DNA of 16,000 bases, taken from positions 1,653 to 17,652 of the forward strand of contig NZ_JBQCER010000090.1 of the NCBI RefSeq assembly GCF_051960075.1, read 5' to 3'. A program made the translations under genes and the position numbers. Below the pieces are notes generated by a model. It was not told the origin of the DNA and made no database searches. It saw nothing but the letters and a program-made list of their open reading frames with translations. Shown here piece by piece: positions 8,470 to 15,019 of the stretch (positions within the stretch are counted from its first letter, which is position 1; the number at the start of each line of letters is the position of its first letter). The stretch comes from Bordetella sp. (GTDB lineage Bacteria; Pseudomonadota; Gammaproteobacteria; Burkholderiales; Burkholderiaceae_B).

Positions 8470-9534
8470 ATGAATACGGACGCCTTCGACCTGCTTGCAA
8501 CGTCCGTCTTTCTTCTGGACGCCCAGGGTCACATCGAATATGCCAATGCCGCCGCCGAAGACCTGTTCGGCAGATCCCGCAAGCAATTGCGGGGTCTGCC
8601 GGCCGATCGGCTTTTTGACGATCCGCAATCGCTGCAAACATCGATAGAGCACGCTGCGGCCGGCATCTTCGCCGACGCGCGCCAGCTATCGTCGTTGCGA
8701 CGAGGGCATGAATCGATCGAGGTTTCCGTCACCACGGTGGCGCTGTCGGGCCAAGCCTGGCCGGTCCTCATCGAAACCCGTGAAATCGAACAGCGCACCG
8801 TGGCCGACCGCGGCCAGCGTCTGGTCGAAGAAATCGAGTCCCAGCGCGAGCTGCTGCGCAACCTGGCCCACGAGGTGAAGAATCCCTTGGGCGGACTGCG
8901 CGGCGCGGCGCAACTACTGGAGGCCGAGCTGCCCAGCCCGGCCCTGGCCGAATATACACAAGTCATCATTTCCGAGGCGGATCGCCTGCAGGTGCTGGTC
9001 GACCGTTTGAGCGGTCCCAAGCGTCAGCCGCTGGATGCCAAGCCGGTCAATATCCATGAGATCTGCGAGCGCGTCTGCGCCCTGATCCAGGCCGAGTTCC
9101 GCGAACGCGTGGCGCTGCAGCGCGACTACGACGCGTCCGCGCCCGACCTGCAGGGGGACGCCGCACGGCTCATGCAGGCCGTGCTGAACGTGGCGCGCAA
9201 TGCCGCGCAAGAACTGGTGCTGCAAAATGATGCAGACGGCGCGCCGCCGCCGCAGATCGTCTTGCGCACTCGCGTGGCGCGACAGGTCGTGCTGGCGCAT
9301 CGACGCCACCGTCTGGCAATGGTGCTGTCCATCATCGACAACGGTCCGGGCGTGCCCGAACACATCCGCGACCGGATCTTCCACCCGCTGGTCACCGCGC
9401 GGCCCGGCGGCACAGGTCTTGGCCTGAGCCTGGCCCAGGATTTCGTGCGGCAGCACGGCGGTCTTATCGAGTTCGAATCGCGTCCGCGCCACACCGAATT
9501 CCGCCTGATCCTCCCCATGGAGCAAACGCATTGA
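8470..9534 (+). CDS. ntrB: Nitrogen regulation sensor histidine kinase NtrB (NRII)
   Basis: The conserved N-terminus starts at ATG 8470 (MNTDAFDLLATSVFLLDAQGHIEYANAAAEDLFG, PAS-like as in E. coli NtrB). Kinase motifs are present: H-box LAHEVKNPLGG, G1 IDNGPGVP, G2 GTGLGLSLA. It sits between glnA and ntrC. The GTG at 8440 in the track is a probable over-extension. Confidence 0.9.
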   Translation: MNTDAFDLLATSVFLLDAQGHIEYANAAAEDLFGRSRKQLRGLPADRLFDDPQSLQTSIEHAAAGIFADARQLSSLRRGHESIEVSVTTVALSGQAWPVLIETREIEQRTVADRGQRLVEEIESQRELLRNLAHEVKNPLGGLRGAAQLLEAELPSPALAEYTQVIISEADRLQVLVDRLSGPKRQPLDAKPVNIHEICERVCALIQAEFRERVALQRDYDASAPDLQGDAARLMQAVLNVARNAAQELVLQNDADGAPPPQIVLRTRVARQVVLAHRRHRLAMVLSIIDNGPGVPEHIRDRIFHPLVTARPGGTGLGLSLAQDFVRQHGGLIEFESRPRHTEFRLILPMEQTH

Positions 9535-9613
9535 TGTGTACCCTCGCGCTCACCCGGTTCGCGGTCTTTGAAGGGCGCCGCGGCCTGCTTCGGGCAGTCG
9601 TGCGGAGGCATGC

Positions 9614-11092
9614 ATGAAACCTGTCTGGATAGTCGACGACGACCAGTCCATACGCTGGGTGCTGGAGAAGGCCCTGGCGCGGGCGGGCATGTCCACCCGC
9701 AGCTTTTATCAGGCCGCCGACGTCATTGAAGCCCTGGGCCGCGACACGCCCGCGGTGCTGGTGTCCGATATCCGCATGCCGGGCGGCAACGGCCTGGACC
9801 TGCTGCGCCAGATCAAGGAACGCCATCCCTCCTTGCCGGTGATCGTCATGACGGCCTACGCCGACCTGGACAGTACCGTGGCGGCCTTTCAGGGCGGCGC
9901 CTTCGATTATCTGGCCAAGCCCTTCGACGTGAACGAAGCGGTGGAGCTGATCCAGCGCGCCCTGAAAGAAGCCGCGCCGCAGGAAGACCCCGACGCCGAA
10001 ATCAGCCTGCCCGATGGCGAACGCATGATGACGCAGTCGTCCTCGCCCGCCATGCAAGAGGTATTCCGCGCCATCGGACGCCTGGCCCAATCCAAAGTCT
10101 CGGTGCTCATCACGGGCGATTCGGGCACGGGCAAGGAACTCGTGGCGCGAGCCCTGCACAGCCACGGTTCGCGCGCCGGCGGCCCCTTCGTCGCCCTCAA
10201 TGCCGCAGCCATTCCGCGCGATCTGCTCGAAGCCGAACTCTTCGGCCACGAGCGCGGCGCCTTTACCGGTGCCAACACGCTGCGCCGCGGCCGCTTCGAA
10301 GAGGCGAACGGCGGCACGCTGTTTCTGGACGAAATCGGCGACATGCCCATCGAGCTGCAGACACGCCTGCTGCGCGTACTGGCCGAGGGCAGTTTCTACC
10401 GAGTCGGCGGCTCTCAGCCGGTGCGCGTGGACGTGCGCATCGTCGCGGCCACCCATCAGCCGCTCGAGCAGCGCGTCGAACAGGGCTTGTTCCGCGAAGA
10501 CCTGTTCCATCGCCTGAATGTGATCCGTCTGCGCCTGCCGCCGCTGCGCGAACGCACCGAAGACATCCCCGCGCTGGCCAACCACTTCCTGGCCAGCAGC
10601 GCCCGCGCCCTGGGCGTGCCGGTCAAGCGATTGACGCCCGCCGCCATCGCCGTGCTGACGCGCTTCGACTTTCCGGGCAACGTTCGTCAGCTGGAGAACT
10701 TCTGCCACTGGCTCACCGTCATGGCTCCCGGCCAGACCATAGACCGCAACGACCTGCCGCCCGAGATCCGCATGATGGAGCGCGGCGGCGGCGTAACGGA
10801 TGCCGTCGCAAGGGCGCCGGCGCCGGCTTCGGCTGCCCGTGCCGCGCCGCCGGCTGACGCCGGTGCCGAGGCGCAGTCCTGGGAGCACGCTCTGATGCAG
10901 GATGCGAGGCGGCGCCTCGATCGCGGCGAGCCAGCCATCATGACTACGCTCACGCGCCAGTTCGAAAAGATCTTGCTGCAAAGCGCGCTGGATGCCAGCC
11001 GCGGCCGCCGCGTCGAGGCGGCCTCGCGGCTGGGCATAGGCCGCAACACCATCACGCGCAAGCTGCGCGAGCTCGGCATCGAGGACGAATAA
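9614..11092 (+). CDS. ntrC: Nitrogen regulation response regulator NtrC (NRI), sigma54-dependent activator
   Basis: 492-aa ORF.
- GGAGG (9604-9608) lies 5 nt before the ATG.
- Receiver domain: VWIVDDDQSIRWVLEKAL, phospho-acceptor context VSDIRMPG.
- AAA+ sigma54-interaction domain: Walker A GDSGTGKE, GAFTGA loop, Walker B LFLDEIGD.
- C-terminal Fis-type HTH: AASRLGIGRNTITRKLRELG. Confidence 0.95.
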   Translation: MKPVWIVDDDQSIRWVLEKALARAGMSTRSFYQAADVIEALGRDTPAVLVSDIRMPGGNGLDLLRQIKERHPSLPVIVMTAYADLDSTVAAFQGGAFDYLAKPFDVNEAVELIQRALKEAAPQEDPDAEISLPDGERMMTQSSSPAMQEVFRAIGRLAQSKVSVLITGDSGTGKELVARALHSHGSRAGGPFVALNAAAIPRDLLEAELFGHERGAFTGANTLRRGRFEEANGGTLFLDEIGDMPIELQTRLLRVLAEGSFYRVGGSQPVRVDVRIVAATHQPLEQRVEQGLFREDLFHRLNVIRLRLPPLRERTEDIPALANHFLASSARALGVPVKRLTPAAIAVLTRFDFPGNVRQLENFCHWLTVMAPGQTIDRNDLPPEIRMMERGGGVTDAVARAPAPASAARAAPPADAGAEAQSWEHALMQDARRRLDRGEPAIMTTLTRQFEKILLQSALDASRGRRVEAASRLGIGRNTITRKLRELGIEDE

Positions 11093-11100
11093 GCGGCAAG

Positions 11101-11685
11101 TTATCGGGTCGCGGTCTTACTTTTAATTGGCTGGCTGACCAGCCTGACGCGCTGCGCGCGCTCGGGCAACGGAAGAATGCGAGGGATCAGGTTCTCGGAC
11201 TTGAATACCCAGTGGGCCAGGGCTCCCAGCACATGCAGACCTACCAACAGGGCGAGGGTGTAAGCGGTCAGCGCATGCAGCTGTCCCAGCCAGTAGGCGA
11301 ACTCGTGGCTCCTGGGCATGAGTATAGGCAGCGAAAAAAGGCCGAAAACATCGACTGGCCGACCGGCGGCGTTGGTCTTTAGCCATCCTAGCAGCGGAAT
11401 GGCAAGCATCAGCGCATAGAGCAAAAAGTGCGTGGCTTTTTCGACCTTGTATGCCGGCGTACCTGCCGAGTTGACCGACGCGGGCAACCGGCGATTCAGG
11501 CGGATTCTGTTGAGCAGACGGATCGCCGCCAACCCAAGCACAAGAACGCCGAGCGATCGGTGCAAGGCAAGCAGTTGTTCCTGGTCTTCGAGCACCCAGC
11601 CGATGGCGAAATTGGCGATCAGCGCGATGGCTAGCAGCCAATGCAGCAGGCTGACCGAAAGTGGATAGCGAGAAACGGTTTTCAT
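11101..11685 (-). CDS. Cytochrome b561 family membrane protein (CybB-like)
   Basis: 194-aa ORF with four predicted TM helices. Histidines sit in the same contexts as E. coli CybB: SLLHWLLA, LALHRS, GQLHAL, and GLHVLGALAHWVFKSENLIPRILP (compare GLHAAAALAHHYFWKDNTLLRMMP). AGGAG lies 9 nt upstream of the ATG, and the gene starts 37 bp after the b562-like gene. Confidence 0.85.
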   Translation of the reverse strand: MKTVSRYPLSVSLLHWLLAIALIANFAIGWVLEDQEQLLALHRSLGVLVLGLAAIRLLNRIRLNRRLPASVNSAGTPAYKVEKATHFLLYALMLAIPLLGWLKTNAAGRPVDVFGLFSLPILMPRSHEFAYWLGQLHALTAYTLALLVGLHVLGALAHWVFKSENLIPRILPLPERAQRVRLVSQPIKSKTATR

Positions 11686-11722
11686 AAAACGTAGCTCCTG
11701 TTTGAACGCCTGTCCCGGCCGA

Positions 11723-12097
11723 TCAGCTCAGCAGATGGTGATAGTGGTTTCGCGTTCTGATGACTTGCTGCAATTCGCGCTTGGCGGCGGCCATGTCGCC
11801 GGCTTTGATTGCCTGGTCGACTTTGCTCAAATCTTGTCGCAATGCCTTCATGCCCTGGTTGTATGTACCCTGGTCGTAGCCATAGTGCTGCTGGCTCGCT
11901 TGCTGGGCGTCGCGTTCAAGCCTGCTTACGTAGCGGGTCAGTTGCGGCATCGTGGTGCTCGACATCGCGCCGCTCATGGCTTGATTCATATCGCGCATCA
12001 GATTCCTGATTTCCCCGGCGTGGGCGAGCGGCGCGGCGGCGAGCAGGCCGGCGCAAGCGATCGCGCGCACAGCGGACAGCAGCCGAAATTTGATCAT
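11723..12097 (-). CDS. Secreted cytochrome b562-like four-helix-bundle protein
   Basis: 124-aa ORF with a Sec signal peptide (MIKFRLLSAVRAIACAGLLAAAPLAHA|GE). The mature part aligns by eye with E. coli cytochrome b562. N-terminal IRNLMRDMNQAM matches LEDNMETLNDNL (Met ligand). C-terminal GDMAAAKRELQQVIRTRNHYHHLL matches [24 protein letters not shown] (His ligand). AGGAG lies upstream of the ATG. Confidence 0.7.
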   Translation of the reverse strand: MIKFRLLSAVRAIACAGLLAAAPLAHAGEIRNLMRDMNQAMSGAMSSTTMPQLTRYVSRLERDAQQASQQHYGYDQGTYNQGMKALRQDLSKVDQAIKAGDMAAAKRELQQVIRTRNHYHHLLS

Positions 12098-12148
12098 TTG
12101 AAGGTGCTCCTACAGGGTTATTCAACGCTGCAAGTTTAGGAACCGCAC

Positions 12149-12165
12149 ATTAACGAAATCTTAAG
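12149..12165 (-). promoter_or_regulatory. PmrA/BasR-box-like direct repeat (minus strand CTTAAG-ATTTC-GTTAAT)
   Basis: Two TTAA-core hexamers are spaced 11 bp centre to centre. They match 11 of 12 positions of the PmrA box YTTAAK-N5-YTTAAK, read in the direction of the b562-like gene. A -10-like TAAACT (plus-strand 12133-12138) lies 10 bp downstream of the repeat and about 35 bp before the ATG at 12097. Binding by the adjacent regulator is inferred, not shown. Confidence 0.3.
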
Positions 12166-12249
12166 AACGAACAATATTTCGGACGCCCTTGATAGGCGTC
12201 GGATCCACCGGTTATTGTTGCTGCGATAGTGCTTTTGGGAATTGACGCG

Positions 12250-12915
12250 ATGCGTGTATTACTCGTCGAAGACGACAGACTGATCGGCAGCGGAGTCGAA
12301 GACGGACTGACCGAGGCAGGCATGACGGTCGACTGGGCTTACGACGGCAAACAGGCGCAACTGGCGATGACCACCACGCCGTACGACCTGGTCATACTCG
12401 ATCTCGGGTTGCCGCATATTTCCGGCACCGAACTGCTCGACTGGATACGCAGGCGCAACGATCACACGCCGGTGCTCGTCATGACCGCGCGCGACGCCGT
12501 CGCCGATAGAGTGAGCGGCTTGAGCGCCGGTGCGGACGACTATGTCGGCAAGCCGTTCGACCTGACCGAGTTGATCGCCCGCTGCCGCGCGCTCGTGCGG
12601 CGCTCGCAGGGGCGCAGCACCGATACGATCGAATACGACGGGATGATCATCGACCCCGATCGTCTTACGGTTATGCGCGGAAGCGAACGCATCGGGCTTA
12701 CCGCGCGCGAGTGCGCGCTACTGGTCGAGCTCCTGGGCAGCCAGGGTCGTCCTCTTTCCCGCGCCCGTCTTCAAGACAGCCTTTACGGCTGGAACGAGGA
12801 GATCGAAAGCAACGCCATCGAGGTCCATGTCTCGAACCTGCGCAAGAAGCTGGGCTCAAGGCTGATCCGCACCATCCGCGGCATCGGCTATGTGATCGAG
12901 GTGCCGGTGCAATGA
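12250..12915 (+). CDS. OmpR-family response regulator, QseB/BasR(PmrA)-like
   Basis: The typical N-terminus MRVLLVEDD starts at ATG 12250 (the track's GTG at 12229 is probably an over-extension). The receiver has DLVILDLGLP and KPF. The winged-helix C-terminus LYGWNEEIESNAIEVHVSNLRKKLGSRLIRTIRGIGY is very close to E. coli QseB ([37 protein letters not shown]). Confidence 0.9.
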   Translation: MRVLLVEDDRLIGSGVEDGLTEAGMTVDWAYDGKQAQLAMTTTPYDLVILDLGLPHISGTELLDWIRRRNDHTPVLVMTARDAVADRVSGLSAGADDYVGKPFDLTELIARCRALVRRSQGRSTDTIEYDGMIIDPDRLTVMRGSERIGLTARECALLVELLGSQGRPLSRARLQDSLYGWNEEIESNAIEVHVSNLRKKLGSRLIRTIRGIGYVIEVPVQ

Positions 12916-14264
12916 GGTCGATCCGGCAGCGGTTGACGTTGATCGTGCTATCCCTCGTGGTAGCGGTCTGGTTGTACTCGCTGTATTCCAGCTATAACCA
13001 GGCGCTGCACGAAGCCGAGGAGTGGGACAACGCCCGCGTCGAGCAGGTCGCCCGCGCGCTGCTCGTGCTGGACCTCGACGATTTGCCGTTGTTCGTGCAG
13101 GCAAGCCTTCCCCCGCCGGACGAAGACGAAGACAACGATCGGCCCAAGCCGCTGCTGTACGAGGTCATGTCCACCGATGGAAAAATACTGGCCGCCAGTC
13201 CCGGCCTCCCGGCGTTTGCGCTCTCGGGGCCGCCTGCGGCCGGCGACGGCTCGCAAGAGCATATGAGGTGGTATGTCTACACGACAGGAGACCCTGCGCA
13301 TGGCCGCATTGTGCGCATTTTCGAGCGGCGCTCGCATCGATCCGATCTATCGGCCGTAAGCGCCAAGCGAGTCGCGCGCCCGCTTCTGCTATCGCTGCCT
13401 GTGCTGGCGCTCTTGATCTGGATTGCCATCGGCAGGAATCTCGCGCCCCTGCGCACGGTATCCGAGGCCATCGAGGCACAGTCGTCCGACAGTCTCGAAG
13501 CCATCGAGATCGGAAAAATCCCCGATGAGATCCGGCCGTTGGTGGCTGCGCTCAACAAGCTGCTGCAGCGCTTGCGCCAGTCGCTCGACCGCGAACGTGC
13601 TTTTACGGCCGATGCGGCACACGAACTCAAGACGCCGCTTTCCGCAATCAAAGTCCAGGCTCAGGTCGCGCTCACTGCACGAGATCCGGAGCGTCGGCAG
13701 CGGGCGATGCAGCGCGTGGTGGACGCCGTCGACCGCAGCACCCATCTGGCCGATCAGCTACTGGCGCTGGCGCGGTTGGAGGAAAGCACGCCGCTGCCGA
13801 GTTCCTGGGTAGACCTCGAGCAGACGGCCAGGGACTGCCTTGCAGATCACCGCGCCAATGCGGATCGCAAGCAGATGTCGCTGGCGCTGCGATGCGAAGG
13901 GCAGGCCACGGTGCACGCGCCGCCCGCGCTGGTGCGCATTCTGTTCGACAACCTCGTCGACAACGCGATCAAATACGGCCGGACGGGAGGCCGGGTGGAA
14001 GTTGCCGCATCGGGCGCCGCCGGAACCGTGAACCTGGAAGTGAAAGACGACGGCCCGGGTGTCGCCCAGCAAGATATGGCGCGCCTGAACGATCGCTTTT
14101 TTCGCGGCGCGGATCACACCGAAAAGGGCAGCGGCCTGGGGCTTTCCATCGTCGCGCGCATCGTGTCCCAATTGGGCGGAAAGCTGGAATATGCGTCAGG
14201 CATAGACGGCAGGGGTCTGGGGGTAAGCGTCAGGCTGCCCGTGTCGCTCCACGGGCAGCATTGA
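12912..14264 (+). CDS. Sensor histidine kinase, QseC/PmrB-like (two TM helices, periplasmic loop, HAMP, HisKA, HATPase)
   Basis: Start ATG 12912 overlaps the regulator's stop codon (ATGA). Parts:
- MRSIRQRLTLIVLSLVVAVWLYSLY (TM1).
- Periplasmic segment of about 120 aa.
- TM2 (PLLLSLPVLALLIWIAIG).
- H-box FTADAAHELKTPLSAI.
- N-box DNLVDNAIKY.
- G1 KDDGPGV.
- G2 GSGLGLSIV.
The track's longer ORF from 12711 overlaps the regulator out of frame with it and is rejected. Confidence 0.9.
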   Translation: MRSIRQRLTLIVLSLVVAVWLYSLYSSYNQALHEAEEWDNARVEQVARALLVLDLDDLPLFVQASLPPPDEDEDNDRPKPLLYEVMSTDGKILAASPGLPAFALSGPPAAGDGSQEHMRWYVYTTGDPAHGRIVRIFERRSHRSDLSAVSAKRVARPLLLSLPVLALLIWIAIGRNLAPLRTVSEAIEAQSSDSLEAIEIGKIPDEIRPLVAALNKLLQRLRQSLDRERAFTADAAHELKTPLSAIKVQAQVALTARDPERRQRAMQRVVDAVDRSTHLADQLLALARLEESTPLPSSWVDLEQTARDCLADHRANADRKQMSLALRCEGQATVHAPPALVRILFDNLVDNAIKYGRTGGRVEVAASGAAGTVNLEVKDDGPGVAQQDMARLNDRFFRGADHTEKGSGLGLSIVARIVSQLGGKLEYASGIDGRGLGVSVRLPVSLHGQH

Positions 14265-14293
14265 CGACGGCTGCACTGATTCGCCGCCATGCC

Positions 14294-15019
14294 TCAACGG
14301 ACGTCGCGGTATTCGCGGGTCAGCGGCCGTTTGAGAAACACCTCCGACCCGAAATTCAACGCATACCGCACCGCCGTCGTGACGAACCCCTCGTCTTCGA
14401 GCCTGCGCGCCGAAGTCCGCATCACCAACTTCAGATCGAACACGATCTTGCCTGCCTGCGCCAGGCGGCGGGCGATATTCGTATCTTCGCCGTAGAACGA
14501 AATTGTCGTATCGAACCCGCCGATGCGCAGCAGCGCCTCTTTGCTTGCGGCGAAATTTCCGCCGACCGCCATATAGTGCGTGAACCGATACATAGGCATG
14601 GCGAGCAGCAGCCAGTACAGCCGCACGAACAGCCGCTTGGCACGCGACAGCTCGTCGTATTCGTAAGGTCCGCTCACGCATACCACCTGGGAATCGCGTT
14701 CATAGGTGTCGAGTACGCGTCCGATCCAACCGGGCGGCATGCGCGTATCGGCATCGACATAAGCCAGGATCTCGCCGCGAGCGGCCTCCAGCCCGCATTG
14801 ACGGGCGTGTGTCAAGCCTTTGCGGGGCTCGGCGACCACCCGCACGAATGGAAAGGTCGAGGCGATCTGCGCTGTGCGGTCGGTGCTCGCATTATCGACG
14901 ACGACGATTTCAAACTCTCCGCGCGCTTCATTCGCTCGCAGTTCGGCCGACACCGACTCGAGGCAAGCGGGCAGATACGCTTCTTCGTTGTAGGCGGGGA
15001 TGACGACGCTCAGCTTCAT
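14294..15019 (-). CDS. Family 2 glycosyltransferase (GT-A fold)
   Basis: 241-aa ORF with the canonical GT2 N-terminus KLSVVIPAYNEEAYL, VVDNASTDRT, and a DxD-type motif in AYVDADT. Its ATG (15019) overlaps the stop of the upstream GT4 gene (ATGA), which suggests translational coupling. Confidence 0.85.
   Translation of the reverse strand: MKLSVVIPAYNEEAYLPACLESVSAELRANEARGEFEIVVVDNASTDRTAQIASTFPFVRVVAEPRKGLTHARQCGLEAARGEILAYVDADTRMPPGWIGRVLDTYERDSQVVCVSGPYEYDELSRAKRLFVRLYWLLLAMPMYRFTHYMAVGGNFAASKEALLRIGGFDTTISFYGEDTNIARRLAQAGKIVFDLKLVMRTSARRLEDEGFVTTAVRYALNFGSEVFLKRPLTREYRDVR

Noticed and set aside
10776-10885. Ala/Pro/Gly-rich insertion (ERGGGVTDAVARAPAPASAARAAPPADAGAEAQ) between the AAA+ and HTH domains of NtrC.
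   Set aside because: This linker varies in length among NtrC orthologues, and low-complexity Ala/Pro linkers are common in GC-rich genomes. It is not evidence of a new domain.
11101-12250. Apparent drop in GC content over the cytochrome genes and the divergent spacer, considered as a sign of horizontal acquisition.
   Set aside because: Hand counts of single 60-nt lines gave about 60% here and about 63% in glnA, which is not a convincing difference. No flanking tRNA, integrase, direct repeats or IS remnants were seen. A sliding-window GC and codon-usage calculation over the whole genome would be needed.
12711-12911. Upstream extension of the sensor-kinase ORF (track start 12711), overlapping the response-regulator gene by about 200 bp.
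   Set aside because: The extension reads the regulator's winged-helix coding region in another frame (Arg/Pro-rich). The kinase's TM1-containing N-terminus MRSIRQRLTL begins at the ATG at 12912, which overlaps the regulator stop in a classic ATGA junction.
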